Assembly (NCBI GenBank): GCA_015056175.1
Contig: SVGT01000001.1
Coordinates: 77,806 to 141,805 of the forward strand
From: Clostridiales bacterium
GTDB taxonomy: Bacteria; Bacillota; Clostridia; Christensenellales; Aristaeellaceae
DNA length: 64,000 nt
Direction: 5' to 3'
Below the pieces are notes generated by a model. The model was not told the origin of the DNA. It ran no database searches and saw nothing but the letters and a program-made list of their open reading frames with translations. Both the position numbers and the translations under genes were made by a program. Of this stretch, positions 56,282 through 64,000 are shown one piece after another (positions within the stretch are counted from its first letter, which is position 1; each line of letters opens with the position of its first letter).

Positions 56282-56310
56282 ATTATACAGCGGTTTGGGA
56301 GCACAGTCAA
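56282..56310 (-). promoter_or_regulatory. Promoter of rpsU (TTGACT-17-TATAAT)
   Basis: Minus strand: TTGACT (56310..56305), 17-nt spacer, TATAAT (56287..56282). Confidence 0.7.
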
Positions 56311-56375
56311 CATTTTTTTTGATTCTTCGGAACGCTTTTTACACAATTAAAAATTGCTGGTCAAAAAAGTTCCAA

Positions 56376-56714
56376 TTACGCCATTTTTTCACCCAGCTGC
56401 TCTCCGCCCAGAATGTGGATATGCCAGTGACCCACGCTCTGGCAGCCGTTTTTGCCGCAATTGCTGACGATGCGGAAGCCCTCCTGCAGGTTTTCCTGCG
56501 CGGCGATTTTGCCCACAGCGCGCAGCATGGCAGCCAACGCCGTATCGGAAAGGGAGGCGGCGTCCGCCACGTTCGCCACATGCTCCTTGCTCACCAGCAC
56601 CACATGGCACTTGGCCTGGGGAGCGATATCGCGGAAGGCGTAGCAGTATTCGTCCTCATACACCTTGGTGGAAGGAATCTGACCCGCGATGATCTTGCAA
56701 AACAAGCAATCCAT
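56376..56714 (-). CDS. HIT-family (histidine triad) nucleotide-binding protein
   Basis: 112 aa; CLFCKII N-terminus and histidine triad HWHIHILGG. Confidence 0.92.
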   Translation of the reverse strand: MDCLFCKIIAGQIPSTKVYEDEYCYAFRDIAPQAKCHVVLVSKEHVANVADAASLSDTALAAMLRAVGKIAAQENLQEGFRIVSNCGKNGCQSVGHWHIHILGGEQLGEKMA

Positions 56715-56728
56715 ATGCTATCTCTCCT

Positions 56729-58306
56729 TTATTCTTCGATCTGCACCTTGTCCCTGCCAAATGCGTCAATCAGGGTCTGGGCGTTTTGGTTGACCATATC
56801 CTCGTGGTTTTTATCCACCTTTTCCCGCTGCACGCCGGCCTCAAAGCGGGCGTTCTCGTCCCCCGCCTCCTTCAGCGCCTTTTCCACGATTTCCCGGCGC
56901 TCGGGGGCATTGAGCATGTTCACAAACAGGAACTGATCCTTGGGATACACCACGCGGTACAAACTGTTTTCACACCCGTCAAAGGCGCCCATGGATACGG
57001 GGCCAAAGATGCCGGGCGCATCCTTCTTGAGGATGTTCAGCGCGGCATTCCATGCGGCGGCTCCCTGCTTGGGGGCCTGGGGCCTGCGCTTTTCCGGAGG
57101 CGCTTCCTTGGCTTCCGCAGCCGCGCCGCTGCGCACGCTGACCTTCACCTGACCGCTTTCGATCTTTGCAAGGCGCATTTCCAGCTCAGACAGCCTCTCC
57201 AGCAGCGCGGAGATATCGTTGGCATCCGCCTTTTCGCAGGCCTTGAGCATGCACACTTCCAGCACCGATCTGCCCGACGCCGCCCAGCGGGTATCCGCCT
57301 CCGCCTTCATCACCAAATTGAGTACGCGCAACAGCTTTTCGCTGGTATATTTTTCGCTCTGGGCGCGCAGCTTTTCCGCGCCGTCCCGGGTGGAGGACAG
57401 AAGCTCCTGATCGGCGCCGCACAGTTTGCACACCATCAGCCTTCTAAGATGGGCAGAAAAATCCTTGAGGAACACGGTCACGTCCCGGCCCTCCCGCATC
57501 AATTTATCCATCAGCCGAAGCGCCTGTGCGCCGTCGGATTCTGCAATCGCCTCCGCCACGTCAAACAGCATGGTCTTATCCGCAGCGCCAAGGGCAGCGC
57601 GCACAGCGTCCGCCGTCACCCTTTCGCCCGTGCCCAAACACATATCCAGGATGGACCAGGCGTCGCGCATGCCGCCTTCCGCCGCCTGGGCGATATGGAA
57701 GAGCGCTTCCTCCTCCACCTGGATGTTGTCCTTTTCCACCGCCTCCCTCAGACGGGAAACGATCTGCTCCTCGGTCAGCCTGCCAAAGTCAAACCGCTGG
57801 CAGCGGGACAAAATGGTGGAGGGCAGTTTCTGGGGCTCGGTGGTAGCCAGAATGAACACCATGTAGTGCGGCGGCTCCTCCAGCGTTTTGAGCAGCGCGT
57901 TAAAGGCAGCGTTGGAGAGCATGTGCACTTCGTCAATGATGTACACCTTGTATTTGCCAAACTGCGGGGGATAATCCACCTTTTCCAGCAGCTCGCGGAT
58001 CTCCTCCACGCGGCTGTTGCTGGCAGCGTCCATTTCGTATACGTCAAAGGACGAATCGCTCAGCAGCATGCGGCAGCTTTCGCATTCGCCGCAGGGATCG
58101 CCGTCCACGGGGGTCTGGCAGTTGATGGCCCGCGCCATGATCTTGGCGGCGCTGGTCTTGCCCGTACCTCTGCTGCCGCAGAAAAGATAGGCATGAGCAA
58201 TACGCCCGCTTTTGACCTGATTGCGCAGGGTTTTGCGGATGCTTTCCTGGCCCACCATGTCCTCAAAGGTCTTGGGCCGCCATACGCGGTAAAGCGCCTG
58301 GTACAT
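56729..58306 (-). CDS. dnaX: DNA polymerase III subunit gamma/tau
   Basis: 525 aa. YRVWRPKTFEDMVGQE, Walker A GSRGTGKTS, Zn module C..CGECESC, Walker B IIDEVHML, SRC motif. Confidence 0.95.
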   Translation of the reverse strand: MYQALYRVWRPKTFEDMVGQESIRKTLRNQVKSGRIAHAYLFCGSRGTGKTSAAKIMARAINCQTPVDGDPCGECESCRMLLSDSSFDVYEMDAASNSRVEEIRELLEKVDYPPQFGKYKVYIIDEVHMLSNAAFNALLKTLEEPPHYMVFILATTEPQKLPSTILSRCQRFDFGRLTEEQIVSRLREAVEKDNIQVEEEALFHIAQAAEGGMRDAWSILDMCLGTGERVTADAVRAALGAADKTMLFDVAEAIAESDGAQALRLMDKLMREGRDVTVFLKDFSAHLRRLMVCKLCGADQELLSSTRDGAEKLRAQSEKYTSEKLLRVLNLVMKAEADTRWAASGRSVLEVCMLKACEKADANDISALLERLSELEMRLAKIESGQVKVSVRSGAAAEAKEAPPEKRRPQAPKQGAAAWNAALNILKKDAPGIFGPVSMGAFDGCENSLYRVVYPKDQFLFVNMLNAPERREIVEKALKEAGDENARFEAGVQREKVDKNHEDMVNQNAQTLIDAFGRDKVQIEE

Positions 58307-58347
58307 GCGTTTTCCTCCGGTTCAAGGGTAAAAAATCGGGTTGGGGA

Positions 58348-59094
58348 TCAGATTTCGCCCCTGCGCCGCAGATCGCTGTGGCGCAAAAGCTGGCTGCCGC
58401 AGAAGTAGAAGATCAGTTCAGGCACAAACGAGAGCACGCTGATCACGCCGTCCGCCACATTGCCGCCGCCCACCAGCAGATTCAGCGCCAGCGTGCACAG
58501 CACCATGCCGGCGGTCAGGCTCATCACAATGCTGGCAGGCACCGCCGCATGGCGGTCGGGATAGCGGGCGGTGGTCATCATGCGCAGATCGTTGATCGCG
58601 CGGCTGAAAAGCGCAAAGGAGCCTGCGCGGAACGCCGTCACGGCAACCGACCAGATATTGTAGGGCAGGTACATTTTCCACAGGTCCATTACGTCCTGGG
58701 GAATATCGCCCAGTTCGCCCGTACCCATGGATTGGGTGATGGTATACAGCGTTACGCCGCGGAGGTAGCCGTTGGCAATTTGCAAAACGGCATACACCGC
58801 GCAGGCGATGACGGTGGTCTTGAGGATTTTTTCCGCAGGGTTCTGCTTGACGCGGAACAGGCACACCGCCACAAACAGGGAGCCGACCAGCACCAGCGCA
58901 TCCGGCACGGTGAACAGCGCGTTGATCACAGACAGCCCCTTCTGCGCCGTCAGCGACGTGATGACGGAAGCAAAGCCCATCACGGTCAGCAAGAGAATGC
59001 CAAAGCACATCAGCGTCATGCGCTTATCCTGTACGAATTCCTGCACCAGCGTGCGGGGCAGCACGCGGCCGCCCTTCAAGCGTTCATTTGCCAT
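58348..59094 (-). CDS. Polytopic membrane protein of unknown function
   Basis: 248 aa, ~6 TM, no recognised motif. Lies 41 nt upstream of dnaX and is co-oriented. Confidence 0.55.
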   Translation of the reverse strand: MANERLKGGRVLPRTLVQEFVQDKRMTLMCFGILLLTVMGFASVITSLTAQKGLSVINALFTVPDALVLVGSLFVAVCLFRVKQNPAEKILKTTVIACAVYAVLQIANGYLRGVTLYTITQSMGTGELGDIPQDVMDLWKMYLPYNIWSVAVTAFRAGSFALFSRAINDLRMMTTARYPDRHAAVPASIVMSLTAGMVLCTLALNLLVGGGNVADGVISVLSFVPELIFYFCGSQLLRHSDLRRRGEI

Positions 59095-59121
59095 GGTATT
59101 TCCTCTTTTCGGTATATGGTT

Positions 59122-62328
<3,207 letters not shown>

Positions 62329-62362
62329 TCATGTATAATGGGTGTACTGACGCAATAAGGAA

Positions 62363-63382
62363 GTGTTTTCTTTGCCGGGCACCTATATCCCCTCGGGCTA
62401 CACGCCCAAGCTTTCCCTGTACGAAACGCAGCATGCCATCAGCCTGATCAAGCAGGTTTTTCAGGATAATCTTTCCCTGTACCTGAACCTCAAGCGCGTA
62501 TCCGCGCCCTTGTTTGTCAACCCAAGAGACGGCCTCAACGACGATTTGAGCGGCGTGGAGCGTCCCGTTTCCTTTGATATCCCCGCAGCGCAGGTTTCCG
62601 CCCAGGTGGTGCACTCTCTGGCCAAGTGGAAGCGCATGGCGCTTTGGCGGTACGATTTCCACCCCGGCAAGGGCATCTACACGGATATGAACGCCATCCG
62701 CCGGGATGAGGATCTGGACAACCTCCACTCTATCTATGTGGACCAGTGGGACTGGGAAAAGGTGATCACCCGGGAAATGCGCTCCATGCACACGCTGCAC
62801 GAAACGGTGCAGAGCATCGTCCGCGCCATCTGCATGGCGCAGCTCACCGTCCGGGGCCGCTTTCCCCAATTGGACGTGCCCCTGCTTTGCGAGGAAGTGA
62901 CCTTCGTTACCTCCCAGGAGCTGGAGGATATGTACCCCGCCCTTACTCCCAAGGAACGGGAATACGAGATCGTCAAAAAGCACAAAACCGTGTTCATTTC
63001 CCAGATCGGCAAAACGCTGCGCTCGGGTAAAAAGCACGACGGCCGCGCCCCCGACTATGACGATTGGACGCTGAACGGCGATATCTTTTTCTATCATGAA
63101 ACGCTGGACTGCGCCATGGAAATTTCCTCCATGGGCATCCGCGTGGACGCAGAGGCGCTGGACAAACAATTGACCGAATCCGGCTGCGACAACCGCCGGG
63201 CGCTTACCTACCATAAGCTGCTGCTGGAGGGCAAACTTCCCCTGACCATCGGCGGCGGCATCGGACAAAGCCGCCTGTGCATGCTGCTGCTTGGCAAAGC
63301 GCACATCGGCGAAGTGCAATCCTCCATCTGGGATGAAGCAACCCACCGCATCTGCCGGGAGGCAGGGTTCCAGCTGCTGTAA
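62363..63382 (+). CDS. asnA: Aspartate--ammonia ligase (asparagine synthetase A)
   Basis: 339 aa. AsnA pattern: ETQHAISLIKQVFQD, RVSAPLFV, IYVDQWDWEKVI, GGGIGQSRLCMLLL. The start is ambiguous: GTG 62363 or TTG 62372, which is better spaced from AAGGAAG. Confidence 0.92.
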   Translation: MFSLPGTYIPSGYTPKLSLYETQHAISLIKQVFQDNLSLYLNLKRVSAPLFVNPRDGLNDDLSGVERPVSFDIPAAQVSAQVVHSLAKWKRMALWRYDFHPGKGIYTDMNAIRRDEDLDNLHSIYVDQWDWEKVITREMRSMHTLHETVQSIVRAICMAQLTVRGRFPQLDVPLLCEEVTFVTSQELEDMYPALTPKEREYEIVKKHKTVFISQIGKTLRSGKKHDGRAPDYDDWTLNGDIFFYHETLDCAMEISSMGIRVDAEALDKQLTESGCDNRRALTYHKLLLEGKLPLTIGGGIGQSRLCMLLLGKAHIGEVQSSIWDEATHRICREAGFQLL

Positions 63383-63394
63383 CTATTTAAAATG

Positions 63395-63430
63395 CAAAAG
63401 AGATGGGCTTCATGCTCATCTCTTTTTATT
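63395..63430. terminator. Bidirectional terminator shared by asnA and the convergent HTH gene
   Basis: Stem AGAGATG/CATCTCT (63399..63405 and 63417..63423), A-run upstream, TTTTTATT downstream. Confidence 0.6.
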
Positions 63431-63634
63431 ATCTTTATTCAAGCTCAACACATAATCCGCACTGACTCCGTAATACATACACAGTGTTTTCAAATGCCGC
63501 ACCGGCAGTTCGTTAATGCCTTTTTCATAACGGGAATACACCTGCTGTGTTGTACCCAGTATCGCTGCTATATCCGCCTGCCTTAAATCCCGGTCTTCAC
63601 GCAGTTCCCGCAATATCTCCCAATACTCTTTCAT
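63416..63634 (-). CDS. XRE-family helix-turn-helix transcriptional regulator
   Basis: 72 aa; LRELREDRDLRQADIAAILGTTQQVYSRYEKGINELPVRHLKTLCMYYGVSADYVL is a classic Cro/C1 HTH. Confidence 0.9.
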   Translation of the reverse strand: MKEYWEILRELREDRDLRQADIAAILGTTQQVYSRYEKGINELPVRHLKTLCMYYGVSADYVLSLNKDNKKR

Positions 63635-63738
63635 GGGGTTCTCACCTCAGAAAGAGTATATGTACACCAGATATGGTGTATTGACATTTACATCACATCT
63701 GGTGTATAATTTAAGAAAATACGAAGGAGGACTTCCTC

Positions 63739-64000
63739 ATGTTCGACAACATCGGCGGCAAAATCAAGAATCTGGCACGGACGACATGCATATTAGGCAT
63801 CATCGGATCGATTATTGTTGCGATTGCGCTGTTTTCCTCCAATTCCAATTACGAACCCACCATCGGTGCAGGCTTCGCCTGGCTCATCATTGGTCCTCTC
63901 GTATCCTGGCTAAGCTGCCTTACTCTGTACGGTTTCGGTGAGTTAGTGGAAAACAGCACAGCAATCCTAAATACACTGACCTCTTCTAAACATCATCACG
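63739..64000 (+). CDS. Small membrane protein (partial, runs off the window end)
   Basis: Manual read: ATG 63739 preceded by GAAGGAGG (63723..63730). Translation is MFDNIGGKIKNLARTTCILGIIGSIIVAIALF...AGFAWLIIGPLVSWLSCLTLYGFGELVENS, with two TM segments. Open to position 64000 and absent from the ORF track because it lacks a stop. Confidence 0.6.
   Translation, partial: MFDNIGGKIKNLARTTCILGIIGSIIVAIALFSSNSNYEPTIGAGFAWLIIGPLVSWLSCLTLYGFGELVENSTAILNTLTSSKHHH

Overview
This is a high-GC (by eye about 60%) Firmicutes/Clostridia-type chromosomal segment that is almost entirely housekeeping. All calls come from motif recognition in the supplied translations plus manual reading of intergenic DNA; no searches were run.

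The core is a complete S10-spc-alpha ribosomal-protein superoperon on the minus strand, running rpsJ at 45.5 kb to rplQ at 29.2 kb. It includes secY, adk, map, a Clostridia-style KOW protein, infA, rpmJ and rpoA.

Upstream on the plus strand (3.3-7.4 kb) is the distal cell-division cluster: HlyD-like gene, ylmE/yggS, sepF, yggT, divIVA. Other recognisable genes:
- YeiH-family exporter
- amino-acid ABC binding protein and permease with no ATPase
- ROK fructokinase
- phosphoglucomutase
- acyltransferase-3
- pyrimidine-nucleoside phosphorylase
- ECF sigma/anti-sigma pair
- recX, lgt, mtaB
- nucleoside hydrolase
- two beta-lactamase-fold serine hydrolases
- rpsU (missing from the ORF track, as is rpmJ)
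- HIT protein, dnaX, a GH2 beta-galactosidase, asnA

No rRNA, tRNA, CRISPR array, transposase or integrase was seen.

Regions worth a second look:
1. A sharply AT-rich ~1.9 kb island (8.3-10.3 kb) carrying a split SF1 helicase with a coiled-coil insert and no visible Walker B motif.
2. A tightly packed five-gene operon of unrecognisable cytoplasmic, membrane and secreted proteins (50.6-53.9 kb), next to a 939-aa MBG-repeat surface protein.
3. SepF expanded by seven in-frame 36-nt tandem repeats.
4. A 937-aa zinc-ribbon/TM protein with ~15 extracytoplasmic TPR-like repeats.
5. Unusually long, hairpin-rich spacers inside the ribosomal operon, which are candidate leaders or internal promoters.

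The many very long ORFs antisense to real genes are GC-driven artefacts and were rejected.
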